Sequence record: DRR723986_637
Reading direction: 5' to 3' (one strand)
DNA length: 45,673 nt
This document shows positions 1 to 10,204 of this stretch, in pieces. Numbering within the stretch: position 1 is the stretch's first letter; each line of letters opens with the position of its first letter. Both the position numbers and the translations under genes were made by a program. The notes beneath the pieces were generated by a model, which did no database searches, was not told the DNA's origin, and saw nothing but the letters and a program-made list of their open reading frames with translations.

Positions 1-480
1 TCCTGGTGTATCCTTATACTCCTCAACGAGTACCGTTACTTCATTCATTAATAATTCTGAAGTTTTCGCATCATCGTAAATTGTTACTGGTGTCCATACA
101 CCATCTATGGTTAGACCATATCGACCAAATGAGTGATTTAGCATTGTATAAATGCCATAATTCTCATAAATATATTGAATCCATCTTGCTGGTACTCCAG
201 TATACTGACGAATAACATTTACGCCCATATTTTTTAATAGTGACATTTCTGTGTCAAGTCCGGCTTTTATAATATCATCTGACTTTGTCCAAAAACTAGC
301 GTCAACTACGTCTGTACCGATTGGAATATAATCCCAATTCATACCATTAATTATAAAATTTTCGCCATTAACGACAAGTCTATAACCATCGGTACTACTT
401 TCTACGGTTACTTTATCTGTTTGTCCCAGTGCAATGGATACACTAAACATTAAGAAAAGTATGATTAGTTTATTTTTCAT
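1..480 (-). CDS. Secreted glycoside hydrolase, GH2-like TIM-barrel (5' part only; runs off the window)
   Basis: Not in the ORF track. Manual translation from ATG at 480 gives MKNKLIILFLMFSVSIALGQTDKV...FIINGMNWDYIPIG...LKNMGVNVIRQYTG...YGIYTMLNHSFGRYG...EEYKDTPG, open to base 1. It has a signal peptide and a clan-A-type MGVNxIR motif, and follows susCD and the surface lipoprotein. Confidence 0.75.
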   Translation of the reverse strand, partial: MKNKLIILFLMFSVSIALGQTDKVTVESSTDGYRLVVNGENFIINGMNWDYIPIGTDVVDASFWTKSDDIIKAGLDTEMSLLKNMGVNVIRQYTGVPARWIQYIYENYGIYTMLNHSFGRYGLTIDGVWTPVTIYDDAKTSELLMNEVTVLVEEYKDTPG

Positions 481-577
481 ATAGTTATTTTAATGTTCTT
501 ATTTATTTTTAAAGGTTAACACCTTACTTAAAAAATCACAATCTATCTTTTAGATATTAATGACTTTCAATAATTTA

Positions 578-618
578 AAAGATAAGGTCAATACATGGTA
601 AATATTGACCTTATCTTT
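578..618 (-). terminator. Long hairpin after the surface lipoprotein gene (terminator or mRNA-stabilising stem)
   Basis: Perfect 16-bp inverted repeat AAAGATAAGGTCAATA-N9-TATTGACCTTATCTTT, about 18 nt downstream of the stop at 637. Confidence 0.7.
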
Positions 619-636
619 GACTAGTAAACTAAATAA

Positions 637-2508
637 TTATTGCCTTGCGAGTTTAAATGACCACCAGCCTTCTCCTGCTACGGCGATATCTAACTCTAAT
701 GTATTTCCGTCTTCTGATAATGTTGCGATATACGTAATGGAATCTGCTGCCTCCGCTGGTGAAGCTAATTCTGCTCCATTCACAACTTTTGCTAATCCTA
801 GGAAAGCACCAGCGCCGTCTATAGTAATCGTTCCAGCACCTTCATCATAAGTATATGTTGCTGATGCAGTGCCATCATGCGGGAATATAGGCGTACCGCA
901 AGCTTCTGGATCAGCACCTTGCCATGGCTCTAACCAAGTTTCTGATCCTAAAATATTTTCGAATGTACCATCTGCATTAAATACATATTCATCATCAAAG
1001 AAGCAATCTCTTGTTGCAACATCCTCTGATGAATTTGACCACCATGATACATTATCTTGACCAGGTCCTACACCTAAAGCACCAGCTTCTGGAGCAATTT
1101 TCCACGTCCCTTGTACACCAGTTGGCACAACATCTTTCACTAATTTAAAAGACCACCAGCCTTCACCAGCTACTGCAATATCTAATTCTAAAGTATTACC
1201 ATCTTCAGAGAGTGTAGCTATGTAAGTAATGGAATCAGGAGCTTCAGCCGGATTTGCTAATTCAGCACCATTAACAACTTTTGCTAATCCTAAGAACGCA
1301 CCGGCACCTTCGATTGTAAGTGTTCCTGCACCTGCATCGTAATTGTACGTAGCTGATGCTGAACCATCGTGTGGAAATACAGGAGTACCACATTGCTCAG
1401 GATCAACACCTTGCCATGGTTCTAACCATGTTTCTGAACCTAATACGTTTTGGAACGTTCCGTCTGAATTAAACACATATGTATCATCAAACAAGCAATC
1501 TCTGGTCGCAACATCTTCAGATGAATTAGACCACCAACTCACATTGTCTTGACCTGGACCTACACCCAAAGCACCAGCTTCTGGAGCTAATCTCCATGTT
1601 CCATCTAAAGCTGAAGGAGCAGGTGGAGCGTCTTTTACAAATTTAAAAGACCACCATCCTTCACCAGCAACCTGGATATCTAATTCTAAAGTATTTGTAT
1701 CATCTGAAAGTGATGCAACATATGTAATTGAACTTGGTGCATCTCCGGGAGATGCTAATTCTGCACCATTAATAACTTTTGCAAGTCCCATGAATGCGCC
1801 TGCGCCATCTAAAGTTAGTGTGCCCATAGCTTCATTGAAATTATAAGTCGCACTTGCTGAACCATCATGTGGGAAAACTGGAGTTCCACACGCTTCTGGA
1901 TCAGTTCCTTGCCATGGCTCTAACCAAGTTTCATCTCCTAAAACATTTTGGAATGTTCCGTCTGAGTTAAAGACATATTCATCGTCAAACAAACAATCTC
2001 TTGTGGCTACATCTTCAGTTGAATTAGAAAACCATGATACATCATTAAACCCTGGTCCTACACCCAAAGCACCTGCCTCTGGAGCTAAACGCCAAGTTCC
2101 TTCGATACCTGCAGAAGGAGTTGGGCCTGGATCTACAGTGTAAATTACTGTGTGTTCTTTTGTTATTGTAACATCATCTCGTCCTGGTAATGAAGCAGTA
2201 ACACTAATTGTATACGTCGCAGTTTCTAATGGATATTCATAAATCACCATTGGTCCACTTGTCATTTGTACTACCTCAGCAGCATCACCATTAGGATCAC
2301 CAAAGTCAACTGTGTATACAATACGTCCATCTGGTGGAACAGTTGTTGCAATAACACCAGTTCTATTACCTTCAGCATTTAGTGTTGCGATGGTAAAATC
2401 TAATCCAGCAATTATGTTTAATTCATCGTCTTCCTCACAAGAAAATGGAGTACTAAGTAAAATTAATAATGCTAGGAATTTGTAAGCTCCTTGTTTTAAT
2501 ATTTTCAT
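637..2508 (-). CDS. Surface glycan-binding lipoprotein (SGBP-B/SusE-positioned): Ig/PKD-like domain plus three tandem putative carbohydrate-binding modules
   Basis: Lipobox (PFS-C) followed by acidic EEDDE; PKD-like YTVDFGD; three repeats starting GTW(R/K)(L/I)APEAGALGVGPG; lies directly downstream of susD. Confidence 0.8.
   Translation of the reverse strand: MKILKQGAYKFLALLILLSTPFSCEEDDELNIIAGLDFTIATLNAEGNRTGVIATTVPPDGRIVYTVDFGDPNGDAAEVVQMTSGPMVIYEYPLETATYTISVTASLPGRDDVTITKEHTVIYTVDPGPTPSAGIEGTWRLAPEAGALGVGPGFNDVSWFSNSTEDVATRDCLFDDEYVFNSDGTFQNVLGDETWLEPWQGTDPEACGTPVFPHDGSASATYNFNEAMGTLTLDGAGAFMGLAKVINGAELASPGDAPSSITYVASLSDDTNTLELDIQVAGEGWWSFKFVKDAPPAPSALDGTWRLAPEAGALGVGPGQDNVSWWSNSSEDVATRDCLFDDTYVFNSDGTFQNVLGSETWLEPWQGVDPEQCGTPVFPHDGSASATYNYDAGAGTLTIEGAGAFLGLAKVVNGAELANPAEAPDSITYIATLSEDGNTLELDIAVAGEGWWSFKLVKDVVPTGVQGTWKIAPEAGALGVGPGQDNVSWWSNSSEDVATRDCFFDDEYVFNADGTFENILGSETWLEPWQGADPEACGTPIFPHDGTASATYTYDEGAGTITIDGAGAFLGLAKVVNGAELASPAEAADSITYIATLSEDGNTLELDIAVAGEGWWSFKLARQ
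640..2100 (-). repeat. Three intragenic tandem domain repeats (periods 498 and 492 bp)
   Basis: GTW motifs begin at 2100, 1602 and 1110; protein repeats are nearly identical but carry many synonymous differences. Confidence 0.95.
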
Positions 2509-2539
2509 TTTAGTTTAATTTTTGTTCAACAATTTTTTT

Positions 2540-4051
2540 TTAATATCCTGGATTTCCCCAACGCTCTACAGCATTAGCTAATTGTAACTCTATTAGTGGT
2601 ATTGGAAAAACTTCATTTTTGTTTGTAGTAAATCCTTCTATATATTGTGCAGCTTTATTGGTTCTAACTAAATCAAAAAAGCGATGACCTTCACCAGCTA
2701 GTTCTTTTCTTCTTTCTGTATAAATAACTTCAAGTAAGTCACCCTCTGCAGTTGTATAGTCATTGCTATTATCGCCATAAGCTCTTGCTCTTACCTGATT
2801 TAAATATTCTTCTGCGTTTCCACCGCCTGATTGAGCTTCTGCCTCAGCAGCCATAAGTAAAACATCTGAATATCTAATAGAACGATAATTCTGAGCATAA
2901 TTCAATGGGTCTGAACCTACACCATCTTCGGATTTACGTGGCATATACTTTCTATTAAATAAACCAGTATCGTCTCTTCCTTGAGAATACGAATCTTGGT
3001 CATTTCGTAAATCATAGAAGGTAACATCTCTTCTAGAATCATTTGCATCAAACATATCATAAAGCTCTACTGATGGTAAACAAAATCCCCAACCAGAAGA
3101 ATACACAGGGTTATCGTAAGGTGATCTAGGTCCACAGAATTGAGGGAAATATGTTCCCTGACTACATTCTATGCAGCCCCATCCTGCTGGTTCAACACCA
3201 GTATATTGAATTTCAAATACGGATTCTGATGCATTTTCACCTTCACCTTCGAAAAGCATAGCATAGTTTTCAACTGTTGTTAAGCTATATTGGTTACTTC
3301 CTATAACTTCATTTAATTCTGATGCTGCATCAGCAAACTTAGTTTGGTCAAAAGTACCATGGTACAAATACACCTTGCCCAATAATGCCTGAGCTGCTCC
3401 TTTCGTTGCCTCATACGGCAAATCCTGTACTAATGGTAAATGTGGGATTGCTTGTTTTAAATCCTCTTCAATAACACTATATGCTGTGGCGATATCTGCA
3501 ATTCTATTTAAGTTAAATTCTTCTTCAGGGAAAATTCGCTCATCGGCAATTCTTAAAACACCATCTCTTTCTACAGTTTTTAATGGTACATTACCAAAAT
3601 ATTTTACTAACTCAAATGTAAAATAAGCTCTTAAGAAATATGTTTCGGCTAGAAGCTCTTCTTTCCCTTCAAAATCCGTTTTATTCTTAAATTCTAATAT
3701 GAAGTTTGCTCTATTCAACCCTGCATACATTAAACCCCAAATACTTCTTAACTGATTCTCATCAGAAGGAGTATGAATCATTAAATTGACATTTTGTAAC
3801 GTTGGTTGATCATAGTTAAAAGCATCACCACCTGCAGCATAATCATCCGATGCTACAATACCAGTTAATACATTCCAAAACGTAGATTGGAGCATATCGT
3901 ATGTACCTACGAGAGCATTTTTATATTCTTCCTGATTATTAAAAAAATCAGAATCGTTGAAACCATCTGGCTCCACTTCTACAAAATCATCACTACAGCC
4001 AACTACATAAAGTAGTGTAAAACCTAGCAAAATTATTAATGTTCTTTTCAT
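2540..4051 (-). CDS. susD: RagB/SusD family outer-membrane lipoprotein
   Basis: Lipobox VVG-C; motifs FLRAYFTFELVKYFGNVPL, IRYSDVLLMAAEA and ERRKELAGEGHRFFDLVR; downstream of susC. Confidence 0.95.
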   Translation of the reverse strand: MKRTLIILLGFTLLYVVGCSDDFVEVEPDGFNDSDFFNNQEEYKNALVGTYDMLQSTFWNVLTGIVASDDYAAGGDAFNYDQPTLQNVNLMIHTPSDENQLRSIWGLMYAGLNRANFILEFKNKTDFEGKEELLAETYFLRAYFTFELVKYFGNVPLKTVERDGVLRIADERIFPEEEFNLNRIADIATAYSVIEEDLKQAIPHLPLVQDLPYEATKGAAQALLGKVYLYHGTFDQTKFADAASELNEVIGSNQYSLTTVENYAMLFEGEGENASESVFEIQYTGVEPAGWGCIECSQGTYFPQFCGPRSPYDNPVYSSGWGFCLPSVELYDMFDANDSRRDVTFYDLRNDQDSYSQGRDDTGLFNRKYMPRKSEDGVGSDPLNYAQNYRSIRYSDVLLMAAEAEAQSGGGNAEEYLNQVRARAYGDNSNDYTTAEGDLLEVIYTERRKELAGEGHRFFDLVRTNKAAQYIEGFTTNKNEVFPIPLIELQLANAVERWGNPGY

Positions 4052-4056
4052 AACAA

Positions 4057-7000
4057 TTAAAAGTTTAAATTAATTCCAAGTAAATAAGATGCGGCTACCG
4101 GATAAAATCCTTTATCTATACCTCCACCTAGCGGTGCACCAGTGTTAGCAGATGGATCAAAGCCATTATAATCGGTAATCGTAAATAAGTTATTTCCAGA
4201 AAGATAAATTCTAAGTTTATCTATTCCAACTGAAGAGTTGAATTTTTCTCCGAATGTATAACCAATCTGAATATTTTGTAATCTAATAAATGAAGCATCC
4301 TCTACGTGGAAATCATTGAAAAAATCAGTATTTACATTTGCTCCAGAAACTGCTCTAGGAACAGAATTGCTAGTGCCAGATCCTTGCCATCTGTCTAACA
4401 TATAAGTACCTCTATTCGCATACAAGTCTTTACGCTCGTAATCTCTAATAAGGTCATGCCCAACTGATGCAAAAGCATTAGCACTAAAATCAATATTCTT
4501 ATAAGTGAAGCCTATGTTTATACCAAACGTTACATCTGGTATTGGATCTCCAATATTTGTTCTGTCATCTGCAGTTATTTCTCCATCACCATTAGTATCT
4601 ACAAATCTAAGATCACCGGGTGCAACGTCACCTATAGTACTAAATGTGCCAGAAGGAGCGGCTGCATTTAAAGCGTCAATCTCTGCTTGTGTTTGGTATA
4701 TACCGTTTGTTTCATAACCATAATAGTGTCCTAATGGTAAACCAGGCACCATTCTAGTTATACCAGTTTGGTTAATACCTACGCCGTACTCTCCACCAAC
4801 AGGTGTTGTTCTACCGTTTAGTGAAATAACTTCATTATCTATGGTAGTGAAATTAAAATTAAAGTTAAAATTAAAATCATCTGAGAAATCGTCATTATAT
4901 GCAAATGCTAGTTCTAAACCTTTGTTACGAACTGTACCTGCATTAACCACGGAAGCACCAGTTGCTGGAGCACCAACTCCTGTTGTTGCAGAAGCTTGTG
5001 GAGTTAATAACAAATCTTTTGTTTGCTTTCTGTATGCATCTGCAGATATACTTACTTTGTTATTGAATAATCTAAAATCTATACCAATATTTGCTGTTTC
5101 TTGTTCCTCCCATTTTAAATCAGGGTTACCAGGTCTCCCTGGTGCAAGACCAAATAATAAATCATCAGAACCAACATCAATAGTTGCCTGACCATCTAAT
5201 CTTGTAATGAAAGCAAATGATGGAATACGGTCATTACCTATAATACCATAACTACCTCTTAATTTGAGGTTACTAATCCAACTTACATCTTGCATAAAAT
5301 CTTCTTCAGAAATATTCCAACCAATGGAACCTGAAGGAAAATATCCTACATTGTTACCATCTTTTGATGAAAATTGAGATGACACATCTCTTCGGATTAC
5401 TGCTGAAAGTAAATATTTACCTTTATAGCTATATTGAAATCTAGTAAATAACGAAGACAATCTTACATCATACCAATCTGCACCATTTTCTAAAGCTGCT
5501 TCTGTAAATCTTGGTTGTCTTACCATTCCAGGATCCCATATAGATTGACCAACCCTATCTGTACCAACCTCTGTTCTTCCTATATCACCATAGAATCTAC
5601 CTTTATTTCTATATAATGATGTTCCTAAAAGAACTGTTAGATCGTGACTTTCGTTAAATGTATTGGTATATGTTATAAAATTATCCCAAGTGAAATCTGT
5701 ATAATCTGCACCAAAATCAATTACCTCATTTATTACTGCATCATCTTCTAACTCTGCTAATGAATTTACAGTATTTAAAGATTTTCCACCACCATAATAT
5801 ACTTCAGGTCTGAATATATCATCGCGTACATTGGCATGGTTTCCCTGAAATCTTGAAGTTACTTTAAAATTCTCTAAAAACGTATAATCCAATCCAAGAA
5901 CACCACTCCAACGTGCTACTCTTGAGGTATTATAAGTGTCTGCTATTTGAGCAACAGGATTAATGATTTCAATTTGAGTAATATCATTTGCGAGGGCAAA
6001 ATTTCCATCCATGTCTCTAACAGACATTGTTGGATTGATATTTACAGCATTATATAAAACAGCTCCAATACCACCTTCAGCTAAATTCTGTTTTTCGGAA
6101 ATAGTATGTAGACCGTTTGCTGTAAGTTTTAAATTTTTTAGTATATCATATTGATAATTAAATCTTGCCGTTAAACGTTCATAATTATTTTTACTTCCTC
6201 CAACGATACCATCTTGATTTAAATAAGAAATACCAAAAGAGTAAGCTGATTTTTCACCACCACCAGTTACGTTTAAAGAAATATTAGATATAGAAGCACG
6301 CTCAAATACTTCATCCTGCCAATCGGTACCTTTTCTTGGATATACAAAAAATTCAGTATCATCAGCAGCGTCATTTACATAAATTGCAAAAGCGCGTGGA
6401 CTTAATAAGTCCATCTTTCTACTTGTGGTTTGAAAACCAGTATAACTATCTAATTGAAACTTTAGTTCTGAACTAGTTCTACCAGACTTAGTTGTAATAA
6501 GGATAACACCATTGGCTGCTTGCACACCATAAATACCAGCTGTTGCATCTTTTAATACGTTAACTGTTTTTATATCGTTAGGATTTATTACAGATAAATC
6601 TGTTATTCTGTTTCCATCAACTAAGATTAATGGTGCATTATCTCCATTTGTTGTGATTCCCCTAATTCTAATATTCAATCCACTACCAGGTGAACCTGAG
6701 TTTGATGTAATATTAACACCTGCTACTTGACCTTGAATCGCTTGTTCTACTCTTACTGGATTGAGCTTTTCAATGGTTTTGGAGTCTAATACACTTACAG
6801 CACCAGTAACTTCTTTTTTCTTCTGTGTACCGTAACCAATAACTACAATTTCACTTAATGCTTCTGCATCTTCTTGCAGCATTATATTAAGCGGTTGGGC
6901 ATTGGTAATAGTGATTTCTTGTGTTATAAATCCTAAATAAGAAATGATTATAACAGAATTTAAAGGCACATCCGTAAGGGTAAATTTACCATCAAAATCT

Positions 7001-7158
7001 GTAGACGCACCACGGCTTGTGTTTTTAAGTAAAACATTAACTCCAGGAAGTGGCTGACCACTTGATGCTTCTGTAATTGTACCAGACACATCTACATTTT
7101 GACATGTCACAGATAATGAAAAAAGTACGAGGAAAATTGTAAAAAGGTTGATTTTCAT
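4057..7158 (-). CDS. susC: SusC/RagA family TonB-dependent transporter
   Basis: N-terminal carboxypeptidase-regulatory-like domain; VVIGYGTQKK; VLKDATAGIYGVQAANGVILITTK; NPDLKWE; C-terminal NLNF. Start moved to ATG 7158 (MKINLF), which gives a signal peptide. Confidence 0.95.
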   Translation of the reverse strand: MKINLFTIFLVLFSLSVTCQNVDVSGTITEASSGQPLPGVNVLLKNTSRGASTDFDGKFTLTDVPLNSVIIISYLGFITQEITITNAQPLNIMLQEDAEALSEIVVIGYGTQKKKEVTGAVSVLDSKTIEKLNPVRVEQAIQGQVAGVNITSNSGSPGSGLNIRIRGITTNGDNAPLILVDGNRITDLSVINPNDIKTVNVLKDATAGIYGVQAANGVILITTKSGRTSSELKFQLDSYTGFQTTSRKMDLLSPRAFAIYVNDAADDTEFFVYPRKGTDWQDEVFERASISNISLNVTGGGEKSAYSFGISYLNQDGIVGGSKNNYERLTARFNYQYDILKNLKLTANGLHTISEKQNLAEGGIGAVLYNAVNINPTMSVRDMDGNFALANDITQIEIINPVAQIADTYNTSRVARWSGVLGLDYTFLENFKVTSRFQGNHANVRDDIFRPEVYYGGGKSLNTVNSLAELEDDAVINEVIDFGADYTDFTWDNFITYTNTFNESHDLTVLLGTSLYRNKGRFYGDIGRTEVGTDRVGQSIWDPGMVRQPRFTEAALENGADWYDVRLSSLFTRFQYSYKGKYLLSAVIRRDVSSQFSSKDGNNVGYFPSGSIGWNISEEDFMQDVSWISNLKLRGSYGIIGNDRIPSFAFITRLDGQATIDVGSDDLLFGLAPGRPGNPDLKWEEQETANIGIDFRLFNNKVSISADAYRKQTKDLLLTPQASATTGVGAPATGASVVNAGTVRNKGLELAFAYNDDFSDDFNFNFNFNFTTIDNEVISLNGRTTPVGGEYGVGINQTGITRMVPGLPLGHYYGYETNGIYQTQAEIDALNAAAPSGTFSTIGDVAPGDLRFVDTNGDGEITADDRTNIGDPIPDVTFGINIGFTYKNIDFSANAFASVGHDLIRDYERKDLYANRGTYMLDRWQGSGTSNSVPRAVSGANVNTDFFNDFHVEDASFIRLQNIQIGYTFGEKFNSSVGIDKLRIYLSGNNLFTITDYNGFDPSANTGAPLGGGIDKGFYPVAASYLLGINLNF

Positions 7159-7218
7159 ATTTAGTTGAGTTAGATACTGCAACTTAACTAGAAAGATTAA
7201 AGAATCCTCAATATTTAA

Positions 7219-7393
7219 CTATACAAAAAACATACATCGTATATTTTACTTTGAAAAATTAGTAATTTCGCATTAAATACCACCTAAATTCCGTAATCTC
7301 AGAATTATAACAGAATATTAAGTTTCTCTTAACTCTAGTGTTAAAATAGACAAATGTATGGGTTCTGTATAGGTGATTATGCCTTTTGTATAG
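7219..7393. promoter_or_regulatory. Three copies of a putative operator ATGTATG-N5-TGTATAG upstream of susC
   Basis: 7219-7237 (minus strand, ATGTATGtttttTGTATAG); 7354-7372 (plus, ATGTATGggttcTGTATAG); 7375-7393 (plus, gatTATGcctttTGTATAG). Confidence 0.6.
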
Positions 7394-7396
7394 GTA

Positions 7397-10204
7397 TTAT
7401 AGCTCAATAATGTAGTTCGACAAGCTCTGATCGTGATTTAAACCCATTTTTTTTCTTAAACGATAACGTTTCACTTCAACACTTTTATGAGAAATATTTA
7501 ATAAAGGGGCAATCTCCTTAGAAGATAAATTCAACCTCAGATAAGCACATAATCTTAAGTCATTTGGCGTAATGGATGGGTGCAGATTTTTAACGCGTTT
7601 CATAAAATCTTTATCTACATTATTAAAGGCCTCCTCAAAAAGTTTCCAATCACTCGTATTATTAAGACTCCTGTTAATTAATCTTATCACCGCTTTGATA
7701 TCAGTGATAGTTTTACTTTTAACTAATTCTACTTTAATGTCATTTAATAATTCATTTCTTTTCACCAAGTTCATGGTAGCCATTCCAAGCTCTCGGTTTT
7801 TATTATCTATATCGAGCCTTAAATTTTTGTTTTTAAACTCAATAATTTGCCTCTCGTTCTCAAGCTGCTCTAATTCCAATTCTCTTTCTTTATCCTTAAT
7901 TAATTTTTGCTTTTGTTTTTTGTAATGTTTCTTATTGAAATAGTGGATTAATAACATCACACAAATACTTGACATAACATAAAATACAATAGCTAGCGGC
8001 TTTAAGTACCATGGTTTTTCTATTGAAAAACTATAAGAAATAGTATTATTTGATAAAACACCGTCAGACTTGGACCTTACTTCAAAAATGTAATCACCAT
8101 GAGGTAAGTTTTCAAATAATATTTTAGATTTGGAAGTCCAATCACTCCAAACATCATAAATACCTAAAAGTCTATATTGGTAGAGAGTTGATGTGAGTTT
8201 ATTATAATTAGCAACACTGTAATTAAACTCTATATTATTCTCCTTATTCTTAAATTCTGCCTCATTTGTTAAATCAATAGAAGTTAAATCATTATGCAGA
8301 GTTCCATAAGAAACTGCATTTAATACTATGTTCTCTGGATTTAAAATCAGTTTATTAATATCAATGATGATATAACCTTCTGTTGTCCCAATTAAATATT
8401 TATCATCACCAAGAAATAATATATTCTCATAACCAGACTTACTTTTCCTCAGTTCACTGGAAATTGGAATAGAATTAACTAATGGCTCATTGGATAGTTT
8501 ACCAGGTTCAATAAAAACTATTTCATCTTTAGAAAAACCCCATATTCTATTTCCAAGTTTATCACTTATTAACTTGCCAGATAAATACTTCTCACCACCA
8601 AATAACGCGCTTAAAAGACTATCTTTTTCTAATGAATTATTGGCTTTTTCATAACGAAAAACTCCTTCCTTAAAACTATAAATAATGTCGTTATTGTATT
8701 TACATAGACTCGATTTAATACCTTTTTCTATTGGTATTTTATTATAATCAACGACTCTTTTAAAGGATGAATCTATAACCAGTTGATAAACACCTTTATA
8801 CTCATGACTTACTAATAATTCATTTGTGCCTGAAACTTCAAAAAAACGAGAAGACATGTCAAATCCTTCTAATTTATTTCTATAAAACCATGTATTGTTT
8901 TTTTTCTCCAATACTGATAATCCTTTATAATTTCCTTGAAGTAATAAATTTGGATAGCCTTCTATTCTTTTTATAGACCATGTACCTTTTTCCTTGGCAA
9001 TTAAACTTATGGTTTTATCATTGTTAATTAAAAAAGTTCCATTATCATGACCACAGAAAAGCGTATCGTTAAGAACAAATAAACACCATACCTGACCTTC
9101 TGTACCCTTAATAAAATTAAAACTAGTATTAGAATCTAATTGCTTATAAAACAGCCCTTGATTAGTCCCTAAAAATAAATATTCATTTAATTTAGCCGAT
9201 GTATAAACGGTACCTAAAACACCTTGCTTATCCTTATAAACTCTATAAGGCGAATCTAAGTTAACCGTATTAATACCATTATCTAATCCCAGCCATATAT
9301 TCCCGAAGCTATCCTCTTTGATGGATAATACCGTATTATTTGTTAAACCAGTTTTCTGATCTATTTTCAGTTTTACATTACCAGATTTATCTAGGTGTAG
9401 GATACCATTAGAGATGGTACCTAGCATAAAACTTCCATCAATTAATCTAATACTACTATAAATGCTAATATTAGACAGTAATGTATCTGCAGGAATTTCC
9501 CATTTACTAATAAGCCCGTTTTCGTAAGAAAAAAATCCGTCGTTTTTTGTTTGTAATAATAAAGTATTTTCAGAGTCGTAAATACCAACTAATTCTTGAT
9601 TTTGAATCTCACTAGAATTTAAAAATAATATTTCCTTACCAGTTTCTATTTTATAGATACCGTCATTTTCTTTCTGAAAATATATAGTTTCATTAACCTT
9701 AAACATCTTACTCAATCTTGATTCAGAATTAATTATCTGGAAGCTCTCATCTTGAGTATTATAGATATAGATACGTTCTAAAGATTGAAATAAAACATAG
9801 CCTTGAATATCAATAATACCCCAAAATTCTTCGTCTTCTTTTACTTTAAACTCTTTATTATCTAATAGTGAAGTGTAAGTAAGTTGGCCATAGATATCCT
9901 TTATCCAATATCCAAAATCCATATAACCACCAGAATAGATTCTATCCTTTACAGCATTAACAGATCTTATAATTCCTTCATTAGGAGAATTATACAATAG
10001 CCAAGATGAGCCATTATATTCCAATAGTCCTTTATTATTGGCCACATATATAAATCCATTATCAGCTTGGTCTATAGACCAATTCTGATCTTCAGCATTA
10101 TATTCTTGCGGTGTAAATACTTGAATAGAAGGAATTTCTTGTGACACTGCCAAGGTCACAAATAAAAAAACCATAAGAAAGAAAGCCTTTTTTAGCAAAT
10201 CCAT
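7397..10204 (-). CDS. Membrane-spanning PUL regulator: periplasmic beta-propeller + Y_Y_Y domain, TM helix, coiled coil, LuxR-type HTH
   Basis: Signal peptide; propeller repeats (IWLGLDNGI); YQYRLLG..W..FENLPHGDYIFEV; KPWY followed by a TM helix; C-terminal LSSKEIAPLLNISHKSVEVKRYRLRKK. No kinase or receiver domain. Confidence 0.9.
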   Translation of the reverse strand: MDLLKKAFFLMVFLFVTLAVSQEIPSIQVFTPQEYNAEDQNWSIDQADNGFIYVANNKGLLEYNGSSWLLYNSPNEGIIRSVNAVKDRIYSGGYMDFGYWIKDIYGQLTYTSLLDNKEFKVKEDEEFWGIIDIQGYVLFQSLERIYIYNTQDESFQIINSESRLSKMFKVNETIYFQKENDGIYKIETGKEILFLNSSEIQNQELVGIYDSENTLLLQTKNDGFFSYENGLISKWEIPADTLLSNISIYSSIRLIDGSFMLGTISNGILHLDKSGNVKLKIDQKTGLTNNTVLSIKEDSFGNIWLGLDNGINTVNLDSPYRVYKDKQGVLGTVYTSAKLNEYLFLGTNQGLFYKQLDSNTSFNFIKGTEGQVWCLFVLNDTLFCGHDNGTFLINNDKTISLIAKEKGTWSIKRIEGYPNLLLQGNYKGLSVLEKKNNTWFYRNKLEGFDMSSRFFEVSGTNELLVSHEYKGVYQLVIDSSFKRVVDYNKIPIEKGIKSSLCKYNNDIIYSFKEGVFRYEKANNSLEKDSLLSALFGGEKYLSGKLISDKLGNRIWGFSKDEIVFIEPGKLSNEPLVNSIPISSELRKSKSGYENILFLGDDKYLIGTTEGYIIIDINKLILNPENIVLNAVSYGTLHNDLTSIDLTNEAEFKNKENNIEFNYSVANYNKLTSTLYQYRLLGIYDVWSDWTSKSKILFENLPHGDYIFEVRSKSDGVLSNNTISYSFSIEKPWYLKPLAIVFYVMSSICVMLLIHYFNKKHYKKQKQKLIKDKERELELEQLENERQIIEFKNKNLRLDIDNKNRELGMATMNLVKRNELLNDIKVELVKSKTITDIKAVIRLINRSLNNTSDWKLFEEAFNNVDKDFMKRVKNLHPSITPNDLRLCAYLRLNLSSKEIAPLLNISHKSVEVKRYRLRKKMGLNHDQSLSNYIIEL

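Noticed and set aside
640-2100. CRISPR array or DGR template/variable repeat pair
   Set aside because: The repeats are ~495-bp in-frame protein domains with mostly synonymous, not adenine-specific, differences; no cas or reverse transcriptase gene is present.
7219-7372. Invertible (phase-variable) promoter bounded by inverted repeats
   Set aside because: The central 5 bp differ between the two copies, a third copy is in direct orientation, and no recombinase is nearby; a protein-binding site fits better.
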